The position numbers were made by a program, and so were the translations under genes. Of a stretch of DNA of 64,000 nt, positions 39,112-49,772 are shown piece by piece. Positions within the stretch are counted from its first letter, which is position 1. Each line of letters starts with the position of its first letter. Origin of the DNA: a virus (lineage: Duplodnaviria; Heunggongvirae; Uroviricota; Caudoviricetes); the IMG/VR virus record IMGVR_UViG_3300037512_000782, positions 32,001 through 96,000 of that record. One strand, given 5' to 3'. Below the pieces are notes generated by a model, which did no database searches, was not told the origin of the DNA, and saw only the letters and a program-made list of their open reading frames with translations.

Positions 39112-40053
39112 TTACTGTGCTTGCGCCTTGGCCTTCATCATTTCGGCCATCTTCTTCTTTTCGTCGTTGATGACATTCTGAACCGCGTTAAACTGTCCCA
39201 AAGGAATACCGCCGACGAGTGCGACAACACCCGGCTCACCAGTTTCGAAGTTCTGCGGTTTCAGTATGGAGCCGACCAGACCTTGATAGTACAAGAAACC
39301 CATCGTTGCACGTTTCTCATAAATTTCTGCGGGGTCATTCGACTCACGGCGCATCGTACCGACATGTCGAGTATGAGTCTTAGTGATTACGTCGTTTCCA
39401 AATTCCTTCGCAAGGTCTTGTACGGAAACCACTTCGGCCACATCTTGTGTATCTGTCGGGCAATAATACACCATCGTCGCATTCGGCGACTTGTTCGTAA
39501 ATTTCAACTTCAATGCGGTAGAAAAATCCGACAACGAGAAACTAAGCTGATAGCCATCACCGAGTACAATCGGCTTAGGATCGAGCATCTTCAGCTGCTC
39601 AATCACGCTGGCTGGATATTCCCACTTATGCGTAAAGATGTTGGCGAAGTTGATCGTATGGTCATCATCTTGTGCGATAAGGTGCTTATGGATAACGTTG
39701 AAGAACTCTGGCTCGATATTCTTTACATAGTCGAGTTCGTTACAAGTCAGTGGGCTCTGCTTGATGATTTCGACGACACTGGTGTTGGCAGTAATGCTTG
39801 CAGTAATTTCATTCACTTGGTTAAATAGCGAAACAGGTACATAGTGTGTAAACAGCATGCACCTAGTAGACCAGTCTGGTAAATTGAAATTTTGATGCTT
39901 GTCAGCAGTACGCTCGCTCAGTTTCTTATAGGCGATGTCATAGGACGCTTGAAACTGAGTGTCGTCACTAATAGCTTCACCGTACTTAGTGATTCCGAAT
40001 ACTTTCAGCAGCTTCGCCCATGTTTCGCCGATGCCAGAAATTTCACCCTTCAT
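39112..40053 (-). CDS. Hypothetical protein (first gene of a late operon)
   Basis: ATG at 40053 lies 26 nt after GATAAACT (40080-40087). Confidence 0.7.
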   Translation of the reverse strand: MKGEISGIGETWAKLLKVFGITKYGEAISDDTQFQASYDIAYKKLSERTADKHQNFNLPDWSTRCMLFTHYVPVSLFNQVNEITASITANTSVVEIIKQSPLTCNELDYVKNIEPEFFNVIHKHLIAQDDDHTINFANIFTHKWEYPASVIEQLKMLDPKPIVLGDGYQLSFSLSDFSTALKLKFTNKSPNATMVYYCPTDTQDVAEVVSVQDLAKEFGNDVITKTHTRHVGTMRRESNDPAEIYEKRATMGFLYYQGLVGSILKPQNFETGEPGVVALVGGIPLGQFNAVQNVINDEKKKMAEMMKAKAQAQ

Positions 40054-40092
40054 AAAAACCCGCGCAATTAGATACACGCAGTTTATCGGTTT

Positions 40093-41217
40093 TTATAGTA
40101 GATATTCTGGCAAATCGATCAAAACTGGTACTTCGTCGGTGTCGGTATCTTCATCTGGATTGACAATGATACCTGGGGATGTGTTGTCGTCGGCGGGGCC
40201 GTTAGCTTCCTCGTCAAGCTCATGAAGCATCTTCATCAGCATGGCGTAGCTTTCCAGATACTCGTCATCATCGACAACCAAAGAACCTAGCGGCAGCCTT
40301 CCAGCGGCGACATTGTCTTTCGCCCTCGTGTAGTAGCGAGCGTCATTAGGCACCCAAACGTCATACAAGAATCCGTCCGGAGCAGCTTGAGTACCTACAA
40401 ACACGATGTCTGGGTCTCCGCCGACAAGGATAACCTCGCGACCAGCTGGGACTTCCTCTTGCTTCGTAAAGTCACGGTAGGTACGGAACGTACGGCTCAA
40501 CAGCGGTTCGACCGCATATATGTCGTACAGATAACCGCCAGGTAAGTACAAACTACCGATCGTCATGATAGTGCCGCTTTGAATGGCAATCTTCACCAAG
40601 TTCGGATCCAGATCGGCTGAATCGAACATAGGCGACTTCTTCGCCCAGTCAAGAACATACTCGTTCACGTTGACATTGTTATCGACGTAACCAAGCGACA
40701 CAACATGGTTAAAGTCGGAACCACTCAAACCAGATACCAGACGGTTGATGCCACTATTGAACGCGGCGTCATTCTCGTCAATACCTTCAAGCGACAGATG
40801 AACTGGCATGATGTAAGGAATTCCGCCATAGACCATCAGATAGGTCAACTCTGTTCTGGCGTACATTCCCATAACGCCGCTTGCGGTAAATACCTTGACC
40901 GCTGGCGACATATCCGGGAACTTTTCCTTTAATTCGGTAACGTAGGTCTTGAAGTCAGCAATCATATCCGTGCCGTCGATATCGGACATGTAGGCTACGA
41001 GCTCTCGGCCATCGACACGAACAAGGCCAGTGTCGATATATCCAGCATGCGTGGCCATTCCGAAAGTATCTGCGGCGGTCTTGAAGATGTTCTTGGCCTT
41101 CGTACAAATGTATCCACGGCCAAACCAGCCAGCCATTCGAATGGCCGACTGTTTAACCTTGGACGGAAGCCGCTTTACGTACCCAGCGGCAGATTTGATC
41201 TTAGAGGTCAGCCACAT
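40093..41217 (-). CDS. Hypothetical protein
   Basis: Long ORF; start uncertain (41217 or 41253). Confidence 0.65.
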   Translation of the reverse strand: MWLTSKIKSAAGYVKRLPSKVKQSAIRMAGWFGRGYICTKAKNIFKTAADTFGMATHAGYIDTGLVRVDGRELVAYMSDIDGTDMIADFKTYVTELKEKFPDMSPAVKVFTASGVMGMYARTELTYLMVYGGIPYIMPVHLSLEGIDENDAAFNSGINRLVSGLSGSDFNHVVSLGYVDNNVNVNEYVLDWAKKSPMFDSADLDPNLVKIAIQSGTIMTIGSLYLPGGYLYDIYAVEPLLSRTFRTYRDFTKQEEVPAGREVILVGGDPDIVFVGTQAAPDGFLYDVWVPNDARYYTRAKDNVAAGRLPLGSLVVDDDEYLESYAMLMKMLHELDEEANGPADDNTSPGIIVNPDEDTDTDEVPVLIDLPEYLL

Positions 41218-41563
41218 CGACAATGAGACCCAAGCTGCCCTTGACTTCCTCATACATCGGCTTCATGCTGGGGACGCGGATGGACGTTTCTTCAAGATTG
41301 ATGATCGTGTCGGCGATAGCCTTGGCGATTACGTCCGGCACGTTAGCCGTATCGTATTCCATTTCGAAGTCATTCTTCACGACAATCTTGCCCTTTTCGT
41401 CACGACCGACGCCAGCCTTCTCGTAGTCTTCGTCAGACACGGTGATGGAGTCGATGAAGTCATCAAACTTGCAACGGATAGCCCATGTGCAGCCAAGCTT
41501 CTGGGCGTTGTTGATGATGTTGATGCGGTCAGAAACCTTCAGCTTTACTTTCTTGTTAGCCAT
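41201..41563 (-). CDS. Hypothetical protein
   Basis: 120 aa, GAGGTTTTT RBS. Confidence 0.7.
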   Translation of the reverse strand: MANKKVKLKVSDRINIINNAQKLGCTWAIRCKFDDFIDSITVSDEDYEKAGVGRDEKGKIVVKNDFEMEYDTANVPDVIAKAIADTIINLEETSIRVPSMKPMYEEVKGSLGLIVDVADL

Positions 41564-41582
41564 ATAAAAACCTCTCGATGTA

Positions 41583-42539
41583 TCAAATTACATCATTTAT
41601 TCTTGAATTTCGCCATTCTTGCGCTCTACGCACATCGTCCGGAGAACGGTCAACCGTGACGGAAACGGACAAATCCACCTTACCGATAGTCTTCCTCACC
41701 GGAAGATGGTCAAAGTCCTTCGGTTCCAGCGTCAAGTAGGACGACCAGTTACCAATCGTCACCACCTTCGTCACGCCAAGTACGATATCTTCTGGATAGA
41801 CATTGACGGTGACTGGAACGGCCTTGATTGCGGGATCATAGTTTATACCGTTCACTGGGGTAACGCTGAACGAAATCATCAAGTGACCGTTCGTGCCGCC
41901 GTGAAGTCCACTGTTTCCAGCATAAGGGACTCGCATCTTTAGGGCACCCGATACATAGCGGATGATCTTGGATACGGACTTCTTAACGACACCAGTTCCG
42001 TTACAGACTTCGCACTTGTTAGCCTTGAGCTTCTTTTCGCCGTTGCACTTGTCGCACTTGATTTTCTGACCAGCGATAACGACGTAGCCATATCCGCCGC
42101 ACTTGCCGCAAAGGTGTTCGACACCGCCGCCAGTTCCGTCGCACTCAAGACATTCGGCCATGCGATTGAACTTGATCGGCATGGCATCTACGCCGCCGAG
42201 GAACACATCGACCGGAATCTTTACACGGAGCTTCACATCGGTTCCGTTCTTCATCTTCGGATCAACAGTAGGCGCTTTGTGGAAATTCTCGGCTACGGTA
42301 GGACGGCCAAACACTGAAGACAACATATTGAAGTCGGCAACAAACGCATTCTTGGAATCATATTCCTTGCGTTTCTCCGGAGTATCAATAAGATGGTAAG
42401 CCTCGTTAAGCTCGACCATCTTCGAGTCGTCACCGTTGTTCTTGTCTGGGTGATACTGGCGAGCAAGCTCCTTGTACTTATGCTTGATTTCATCGTCAGT
42501 AGCGTCTGGCTTCACTTGCAATATGTCATATACACTCAT
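41583..42539 (-). CDS. dnaJ: DnaJ-family co-chaperone
   Basis: J domain YDILQV...YHPDKN...LNEAY; four CxxCxG zinc repeats; start reassigned to MSVYDIL. Confidence 0.9.
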   Translation of the reverse strand: MSVYDILQVKPDATDDEIKHKYKELARQYHPDKNNGDDSKMVELNEAYHLIDTPEKRKEYDSKNAFVADFNMLSSVFGRPTVAENFHKAPTVDPKMKNGTDVKLRVKIPVDVFLGGVDAMPIKFNRMAECLECDGTGGGVEHLCGKCGGYGYVVIAGQKIKCDKCNGEKKLKANKCEVCNGTGVVKKSVSKIIRYVSGALKMRVPYAGNSGLHGGTNGHLMISFSVTPVNGINYDPAIKAVPVTVNVYPEDIVLGVTKVVTIGNWSSYLTLEPKDFDHLPVRKTIGKVDLSVSVTVDRSPDDVRRAQEWRNSRINDVI

Positions 42540-42599
42540 TTTCGACCTAAATGCGCTAATCAACTGATAAACTACTTTAAAATTGCATCGAGACCACAA

Positions 42600-43187
42600 A
42601 TGGACGGATTCAGAATTCTTATGGAAGCCGCCACCAAGAAAAGGCGGAAATCTATCGACACTACCAAGGCCAAGCATCCGAAAGTTGGCTTTCCCGGCTA
42701 CGCATTCGGAAGCAACCCAGGTGACCGTCCGAACGAAACCGCGTCATTCCAGCCGACACTAGGCGACGGCCCAGCCTTGCCAGCGACGACTACTACGCAT
42801 AGCGGTGGTTACTGCGGCGTTGTCGCTATGGGCGGTGGCGGCGGATCGGTCGCCCCAGTAGTCGCATTGACTGGCGGAGACGGCGGAGATGGCGGAGCTG
42901 GGGGAGCCACTGAATCGGTGGAAGCGACACAGATCAACGCAATCATCGAATCTTACAAACAAGCCAATCCGTCGAACGACACCATCGGCGAAATCCAGAA
43001 GATGTTCGAAAGCGCAAAGAACGGATTCGGTATGCTCTACCATTCATGCGACGGCACATCCGCACTTGACATGGTTCCAGCGACCGACGAACAGATTTCG
43101 GCACTGGCGGCAACTTGCGAGGCATCACTAACCGCGTTCCGAAATTATACTGGGCATGACTACATAAATTGGCGCAAAACCCATTAA
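42600..43187 (+). CDS. Hypothetical Gly-rich protein (late class)
   Basis: ATG 26 nt after GATAAACT (42566-42573); several hydrophobic-x-E-S/A motifs. Confidence 0.65.
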   Translation: MDGFRILMEAATKKRRKSIDTTKAKHPKVGFPGYAFGSNPGDRPNETASFQPTLGDGPALPATTTTHSGGYCGVVAMGGGGGSVAPVVALTGGDGGDGGAGGATESVEATQINAIIESYKQANPSNDTIGEIQKMFESAKNGFGMLYHSCDGTSALDMVPATDEQISALAATCEASLTAFRNYTGHDYINWRKTH

Positions 43188-43190
43188 CAG

Positions 43191-43215
43191 AAAAGGCGGC
43201 TTAAAGCCGCCTTTC
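43191..43215. terminator. Bidirectional terminator
   Basis: AAAAGGCGGC-TTAAA-GCCGCCTTTC between convergent genes. Confidence 0.8.
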
Positions 43216-43218
43216 TTA

Positions 43219-46200
43219 TTACATGTCCATGAAGTCCAGATCAGCCGCATCATACTCTTGAGCTTGCTGGACGACTGGAGCCGCCGCGCTAGCTTTCCGC
43301 TTCTTCGGACGCTTCTGCTTCATCGGCATAGAATCAATCATTTCATCGCCAGTCAATTCTGGTTCTGGATTTGCCTTCGGTTTCGGAGTCGGCTTTGGCT
43401 TAGGTTCCTTGACCTTTGCTGGCTTAGCTGGAACATTCGCATGTGGTTTTGGCTTTGGTGTTCCATTGGATTTGCCACCAAATGTACGTTCGGTTCCATC
43501 CGCACCAACTACGGTACTGGTAGGTTCCTCATTATCGCCATCGACGTCGTCGATATTTTCCTCGTCAACATCAACAGTTTCTGCACCATTAGACGAATGA
43601 CCCTTACGGCTAACATCACGAATGTCATACGAAACGCGATTACCAGTAGCCATGTTAGTGTAGAGCTGCTTGAACTTAGCCAACACGGTTTCGGCAAACT
43701 TCGGATCATTAACATCGATGTCACGAGGCACTGACGAATAGCACAGCGCGTCAAACATACGGTCAGTCATCGAGCCAAGACGGCACTTAACAAGTCCGTC
43801 GTCACGGCTGACATTATATGCCTTGCTGATAATGCCGACGGCGGCATCCAACAAATCACTCTTAACCGCACGAGACTCATCGGCCCTTTCTTTATCGACG
43901 GCAGAAATCATAGCGTCATATTCTTCACTAGAGATACCGCCAGTCAACGCATCAACAGAAATCTTGAAGCCGTGAACTGGGCCACGCTTATCCATAGCAG
44001 CCGACAAGCACAGAGCATCGTAGGCTGGAATTGTAAACCAACCCAAATTGGTGCGAACCATGTCGCCATACGGCTTCACGTCAAACGACTTTGCGATAGC
44101 ATTGGTTGCATTAGATACAGCCACGGAATCAATGTTATCCAACTGCGAAGTACGTTCAAGAAGCTCAATGAAGGCATCGAATCGTACGCCAGTAGAATAG
44201 AACATCAAGGCGGTGTTAAACGCATCGCATTCGTCATACGCCTTGATCTTGTGGTTGATCTCAATCGACATCATGACGATATAGCGGAACGTATTCTTGT
44301 CAAGCGACATTCCCGGATACTTCAAGTGTACCATAGCGCCGTTGTACTCGACAATGCCGTCATCGCGAAGCGCTTTAATAACGCTGTTCACGTCGGAAGC
44401 ATTTGTCGGCATCGTTACGGCATAGTAAGGATTCATGCGCAAGTGGCCAACACGCTTCCTTGCCGCCTCGCTAGGCATTACACCAGCGAACGACAAGATG
44501 TTGCCACCCTTCTTGAGGGTTTCCATGAACTGCTGCTTCAGTTCAACCGCACGTTGCGCCCAAGTCTTGTCATCGTCCATACCATTGACGACGGCATTGA
44601 ACAAGCGATTGATAGTATCCTTTCTCGCCGTACTGGTATCGCCCCACAAGCCAGTCGGCACACCAGTACTCGTTTCGATTCTCAACGTATCGTTGATAAT
44701 CCGAACGACTTCGGCATATTTCGGATTGGCCATCATCTGCTGCTGGGCCTTTTCATTCTGGCAATACGCTTCGACACATGACAGCAATTCATTCGGCGTA
44801 AGTTCTTCCGGAATCTTAGAAATGATATCAGCAAACTGGTCAACCCAGTCATAGTCGACACGAGACTGTTCGCCAGATACACGCTGCGGATATGCATTGG
44901 TTTCACCGGATACCATACTCATCGTATCGAAATCCATATCGACTTCATTTTTCAACGAGTCGCTTACGTAGCTCATGACATTAGCACGACCAGCACGTTG
45001 ACCAAGGGACGTGCTTACCGTGATGACGGCAGAAATCGGAGTTTCCATGTCATCGCAGATTCGGTACAAAGACTTGATGGCTTCTGCAAGGAGTTCGGTA
45101 GCAGAATTCTTGTAATCACTGTTGAAGTTGACTTCGCCCAATTCGTCCACCGCACCATACGTATTCACGAGCTTGTTAAATACGTTCATGCGAAGGTCAT
45201 GCGCCAGCGATGCCATGTCGTCGTCCTTATACACATGCTGCGCGTCGCCGAACACAAGTTCAGAAATCGTCACCGCATCTATACCAGAGCCAGTACCTGG
45301 GGCAACCTTAGATCCCTTATCATTAAATGCCAAGGCAACGCTACGTTGGTCATTGACAATTTTATCTGCAGTACCGACCGAGCCACCATGCATCAACGAA
45401 TAGGATCCGATATCCGTACCATTCTTGGCGGCAGCATACACACTGGCCAATGTCGGATAATTCTTATCACCCTTGCGCTCATCATCCATCAAGGCACTGA
45501 GCAATTCACGCTGCAGATCATTACTGCACAAGCCCTTCGCAAAGAGCAAGGAGCCCTTCAACGAAGACAAGGTAGAATGGAATACACGCTTTTCAAGTTC
45601 GTTAGCGGACACTCGCTCGTCACGCATGATTCGATCATACGTATTGAACGCCTTACCAAGCATATAGGCATACTTGGACAGTTCCATGTTTTCCGCCAAG
45701 TCAGCCTTGACATACGGCAAGTACGCCATACGAGCCTTGGCTTCCTTGGTATCGGTCTTACCAGTAGCGGTACTTTCCTTGGCAGTGTCCTTGTCGCCAG
45801 CACGAAGTAAGGAACGAGCGAACGAATCGGTAGCCTTTCCATACTTATCAGACGGCGACGCCGGAGAATCAACCTTGTTCATTCCACGAAGAATCGGCAG
45901 CTCGGCATTTCCTTCAAGACGATCCAAGAACTTATCGCCGATGTCGGTAATAACTTTCACGATATTCGTAAATAGCTGTTCTGGATCGGAATCCGCCTTG
46001 ACGCTGTTGTAGGCATAATCGACCAGTCGAAGAGACAGCGGGTTCTTACTGAACTTCTCGACAGTATTACGCACGTTAGCCAACACATCAAGCAACTCAT
46101 TGTATTGCGTTTCAGCTGGCTTTGTCAAGTAGTTCGTCAAAACATACACAAGCTGAGCCATTACACTTTCATCGCTGCTCGTATAAGCGAACATACGCTT

Positions 46201-49200
46201 CACGGCAACTCCGTTATTACGGGCGGCTGCGGCATCGTCGTTAGACGCATAGTGTACAAGTTCATTGAGCGCGTTGACGGCGATCGAATAATCCTTCAAT
46301 ACGGTCTTCATCTGGTCAAGCGTAACTTCATCGTTCACCATAGCATACAGCAATCCTTGATATTCTGGATGCTGTGAAATCAAGTTGTTGATTTCATCTT
46401 CCGATGCATCAAGCTGCTTCTGCGACTGTTCCATTCGCGTCAAGCACTTCGCCGCATGCTTACGATAACCCAGCTTTACATTCGGATGGCCGATATAGAA
46501 CTTGACCCAATCAGCAGTATCCCAGTTGTCAGACTCTTGCGGAGCATCCGGAAGATTCATAGCATCAGTCATGTAATCGCCAAGTTCAGACGAAGATTCA
46601 GAATGAGTCGTCGCGGCACCTTGGTACTTACTGAAAACTTGAATCACAGACTTGAGGCCATCGACAGATTCTTCGGCAACATCGCTAGACGGAACGATAT
46701 CAGTCTGCGCATTGTCTGCGTCGAGCTCGGCTGTTTGAAGCTTGGCATTCAACTCGTTCTGCGGTGCCATTGCATTTAGTTCAGCAAGACTCTTCTCGCC
46801 GCCTTCTGGAATATCATAAGTCGGCGGAATTGCAGATGCACTTTCCGGTTCTTCGACATTGAGCTGCTGACCAGCATCCAGCAAGGTTTTCATCACTCGG
46901 ACATATTGGTCAAATTGGTTGATACGCAGCTTTTTCAAAGCAGTCATGTTAGCGATCGAATTACCCGGCATCGTATTCGCAATGGCGTTCACCACGGCAA
47001 GGATATCGCGAGTAGACAAGTCGCTAGTATTCACGGCGTCATTCAGTCGTGAACGCAATGTTTTCAAGGATGCCAGCTCCGGATTGTCCGTTAGCGAATT
47101 AGTCATCGAGTCGGCAAGCTTACTCAAATCGTCGACCGCATTCTCGCGATCAGCAATCAAGATTTTGCATGCATTGATAATCTTGACAGAGTTCTCCGGC
47201 TTCTTCGCTTCGGCGGTCTTGTTTGCCGCATTCGAAATGCTATCGAATAGCGCATTCACTTCGGCGCTAACTTCGCGATAATTAGCTGGATAGAGCTGCT
47301 GCACAATCGGAGCAACTGGCGAGTCCTTATGCGAATATGCATAGCGCACAAGACGGTCGGACATCCTTACGTAATCATGCAAAACGGTAAGAAGGAGCCA
47401 CGGCATATTACCAGCGCTATACAAGCGAGCATCCTTATAGGTGCTAACCACATCGCAAAGCACGGTGATAAGTGCAGAGTCTGCACTTTCAACCATTGCA
47501 CCACTCATTTTAGAAACGAAACCATTGATCGCTTCGGACTTACCCGATACCAAGGTCATTAGCTTCGGCGCATAGTTGTAAACGGTTTCAACCGAAGCCG
47601 AATAGCGTCCGCCGACGCTGTTCGCAAATTCACTGACAGCCTTAGTCACGTTACTACAAAGCACACGAGTCTTTGTCAGAAGTTCAGACAAGTTAGTTCC
47701 TTGAGAACGCTTGTACACACTATCGGCCAACAACGTACGCTCCTTCAGCGAAGCGCCTTGCGGAATCAAGTGCGTATACACGAGCTTGTCTACAAATTTC
47801 GAATTGCTCAATGCCATCGTAGCTTTCGCATGCTGGCTAGTCTTGGTATCCTTAACGACATTGGAAGTCGCGTCGATATCAAGCAACTTGTTTACCAACG
47901 GCGACACTCTCTCGGAGTCGTCCATATTGCCATTCTTCAAGTACGAGTATGACTTGAGACCTTGAAGCATAACCCAAGATGGGTTTTCAGAAATTCGGAC
48001 TGGAACCAACCCAGAGCTGATGTAGTCCTTGTAGTGGTTACGAATTTCCATTCGAGGAATCGTATCGACTACACCAGAGGTGCCAGTAATACTATCGTCA
48101 TAACCGACAACGAGTTCTTCGTTCTCTGGATCATACCTAAACAATTTCGTAGTCGCAAGACCAGCCGCAGTCAAACCTTCCTTCTTCTTACGGTCATTTG
48201 TGCTTTCCGTACTAAAGATAGCGACGGCGCTAGGCATCTTGACGGCGTTAATCGAAGTGCCGTCAACAGTCTTACCGGATACAGAGTTACCGCCAACAAA
48301 AATGATATTCTTGGCCACAGAGTCAAGCGCATCGCGGATCGCCTCGACGGTTTCTCCATCGACTTCATGCAATCCAAGACGAGAGCAGAACTTCGCGAAA
48401 TCTTGGTCATACACATCGTTCTGTTTCGGACGGCTATCAAGCGCATCGTAGTATTCTCGCAGCATACCAGCAAGTTGAGTATGCAATCCGATTGCCGTAT
48501 CAGTGCTAGTCGCGATGGAAGCAATTCGATCACAGAACTCATCAGCAAAGTCAGCTGCAGACGCAGCGTCGACTGGATCCGTAGACATCGGCATGCCGAC
48601 ATCCTCGAACATCATTTGTAACACGCGATACACCAGCTTCGAAGTCAGTCCGTTGTACTTCAAATGACGCAAGAACTCAACAGAGAATACCTTGATATAA
48701 GTCTCGCAAGTACAACCAGTCTTATCGTTGAGCACATTAGATTGAGACGTCTCGTCACCGATAGTGCTCATATCTTTTTCGATATAATCGCCAGAATTAA
48801 TTTCATCGCGGTCATTGACTTTAGCATTATCGTCAATTTCATCCAGCGAATCCGTCATTGACGACAAGTCATATTGAGGCGCATCATCCTTTGTTCTCCA
48901 AGCGTTCGCGATCAGATTGTACAACTGGCGCACCATGGAATCGTCTGGGTTATACCAATGAGACGGATTTTGCGCATTCGGACTTGAAGGTTTTCCAGCG
49001 AAATCCTTACCGTACAAATCACGAGGGATTGCATAACAAGCAAATAGCAACCAAGCGGCATTTTTGGCATCTTCTTCGCTAACGCTCTTCGAAATTCCAG
49101 TAACTTTCAAGATTGACTGGACGGTTTCATAAATCTTATTGATCTTTCCAGCAACGACACCAAGCATACTGTCAACCGTATTGCTGGCAGCATAATCTTG

Positions 49201-49665
49201 TGACAACGGCGTATGACGGCGAGTCGGGGTCAGATTGTAAATAGTATCCTTGATGACTTTCGCAAACTTAGTGCCAATCTTCTTGAACGGGTTAGTCTGG
49301 CCAACTTCGTTCTGGCGATCGATCAATCTCTTCATAACGGCAGAGGCATGCTTGAACATACTTTCGTCCGCCAAGTTCTTCAAGTACACAGCCAACGGAT
49401 GCACTACAGACGCCATCTCGTAAATATAACGACGGCGAGAATCTGGCCTCGTATTGTCACGAAGACCGCTGTTCCAACCGCCATCCTTCTCGACCATGTC
49501 GGCAACCACATCAAGAACAGCGCCGACTTCCTTATCGAGCTTGTAATTAGCCCACGACAATTCGTATTTAGTATTATCGTCGCCTTGAAGCTCCTGAACT
49601 AGACCATAGAGTTCAGACAGTTCTGATGAAGTACTAACCACGTTTTCAAGCAATGCTTCGGCCAT
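43219..49665 (-). CDS. Very large (about 2150 aa) hypothetical, mostly helical protein, probably virion-associated
   Basis: Uninterrupted ORF; ATG 28 nt after GATAAACT (49694-49701); N-terminal ALLEN; C-terminal PKPK tract. Confidence 0.8.
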   Translation of the reverse strand: MAEALLENVVSTSSELSELYGLVQELQGDDNTKYELSWANYKLDKEVGAVLDVVADMVEKDGGWNSGLRDNTRPDSRRRYIYEMASVVHPLAVYLKNLADESMFKHASAVMKRLIDRQNEVGQTNPFKKIGTKFAKVIKDTIYNLTPTRRHTPLSQDYAASNTVDSMLGVVAGKINKIYETVQSILKVTGISKSVSEEDAKNAAWLLFACYAIPRDLYGKDFAGKPSSPNAQNPSHWYNPDDSMVRQLYNLIANAWRTKDDAPQYDLSSMTDSLDEIDDNAKVNDRDEINSGDYIEKDMSTIGDETSQSNVLNDKTGCTCETYIKVFSVEFLRHLKYNGLTSKLVYRVLQMMFEDVGMPMSTDPVDAASAADFADEFCDRIASIATSTDTAIGLHTQLAGMLREYYDALDSRPKQNDVYDQDFAKFCSRLGLHEVDGETVEAIRDALDSVAKNIIFVGGNSVSGKTVDGTSINAVKMPSAVAIFSTESTNDRKKKEGLTAAGLATTKLFRYDPENEELVVGYDDSITGTSGVVDTIPRMEIRNHYKDYISSGLVPVRISENPSWVMLQGLKSYSYLKNGNMDDSERVSPLVNKLLDIDATSNVVKDTKTSQHAKATMALSNSKFVDKLVYTHLIPQGASLKERTLLADSVYKRSQGTNLSELLTKTRVLCSNVTKAVSEFANSVGGRYSASVETVYNYAPKLMTLVSGKSEAINGFVSKMSGAMVESADSALITVLCDVVSTYKDARLYSAGNMPWLLLTVLHDYVRMSDRLVRYAYSHKDSPVAPIVQQLYPANYREVSAEVNALFDSISNAANKTAEAKKPENSVKIINACKILIADRENAVDDLSKLADSMTNSLTDNPELASLKTLRSRLNDAVNTSDLSTRDILAVVNAIANTMPGNSIANMTALKKLRINQFDQYVRVMKTLLDAGQQLNVEEPESASAIPPTYDIPEGGEKSLAELNAMAPQNELNAKLQTAELDADNAQTDIVPSSDVAEESVDGLKSVIQVFSKYQGAATTHSESSSELGDYMTDAMNLPDAPQESDNWDTADWVKFYIGHPNVKLGYRKHAAKCLTRMEQSQKQLDASEDEINNLISQHPEYQGLLYAMVNDEVTLDQMKTVLKDYSIAVNALNELVHYASNDDAAAARNNGVAVKRMFAYTSSDESVMAQLVYVLTNYLTKPAETQYNELLDVLANVRNTVEKFSKNPLSLRLVDYAYNSVKADSDPEQLFTNIVKVITDIGDKFLDRLEGNAELPILRGMNKVDSPASPSDKYGKATDSFARSLLRAGDKDTAKESTATGKTDTKEAKARMAYLPYVKADLAENMELSKYAYMLGKAFNTYDRIMRDERVSANELEKRVFHSTLSSLKGSLLFAKGLCSNDLQRELLSALMDDERKGDKNYPTLASVYAAAKNGTDIGSYSLMHGGSVGTADKIVNDQRSVALAFNDKGSKVAPGTGSGIDAVTISELVFGDAQHVYKDDDMASLAHDLRMNVFNKLVNTYGAVDELGEVNFNSDYKNSATELLAEAIKSLYRICDDMETPISAVITVSTSLGQRAGRANVMSYVSDSLKNEVDMDFDTMSMVSGETNAYPQRVSGEQSRVDYDWVDQFADIISKIPEELTPNELLSCVEAYCQNEKAQQQMMANPKYAEVVRIINDTLRIETSTGVPTGLWGDTSTARKDTINRLFNAVVNGMDDDKTWAQRAVELKQQFMETLKKGGNILSFAGVMPSEAARKRVGHLRMNPYYAVTMPTNASDVNSVIKALRDDGIVEYNGAMVHLKYPGMSLDKNTFRYIVMMSIEINHKIKAYDECDAFNTALMFYSTGVRFDAFIELLERTSQLDNIDSVAVSNATNAIAKSFDVKPYGDMVRTNLGWFTIPAYDALCLSAAMDKRGPVHGFKISVDALTGGISSEEYDAMISAVDKERADESRAVKSDLLDAAVGIISKAYNVSRDDGLVKCRLGSMTDRMFDALCYSSVPRDIDVNDPKFAETVLAKFKQLYTNMATGNRVSYDIRDVSRKGHSSNGAETVDVDEENIDDVDGDNEEPTSTVVGADGTERTFGGKSNGTPKPKPHANVPAKPAKVKEPKPKPTPKPKANPEPELTGDEMIDSMPMKQKRPKKRKASAAAPVVQQAQEYDAADLDFMDM

Positions 49666-49693
49666 TGGAATCACCCATATTTAATCGGCAAAT

Positions 49694-49747
49694 AGTTTAT
49701 CAATTTTCGCGAATAAACTACGATATTTTCAGCAAAACTGATAAACA
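49694..49747. promoter_or_regulatory. Divergent late-type motifs
   Basis: GATAAACT (-) at 49694-49701; AATAAACT (+) at 49712-49719; GATAAACA (+) at 49740-49747. Confidence 0.6.
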
Positions 49748-49772
49748 TTAGCTAACGAAGCGAGTCTATGCC

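Noticed and set aside
43219-49665. Giant ORF as a virion RNA polymerase
   Set aside because: No DxDGD or T7-type motif set found; DMDFD and ADLDF are not in a convincing context.
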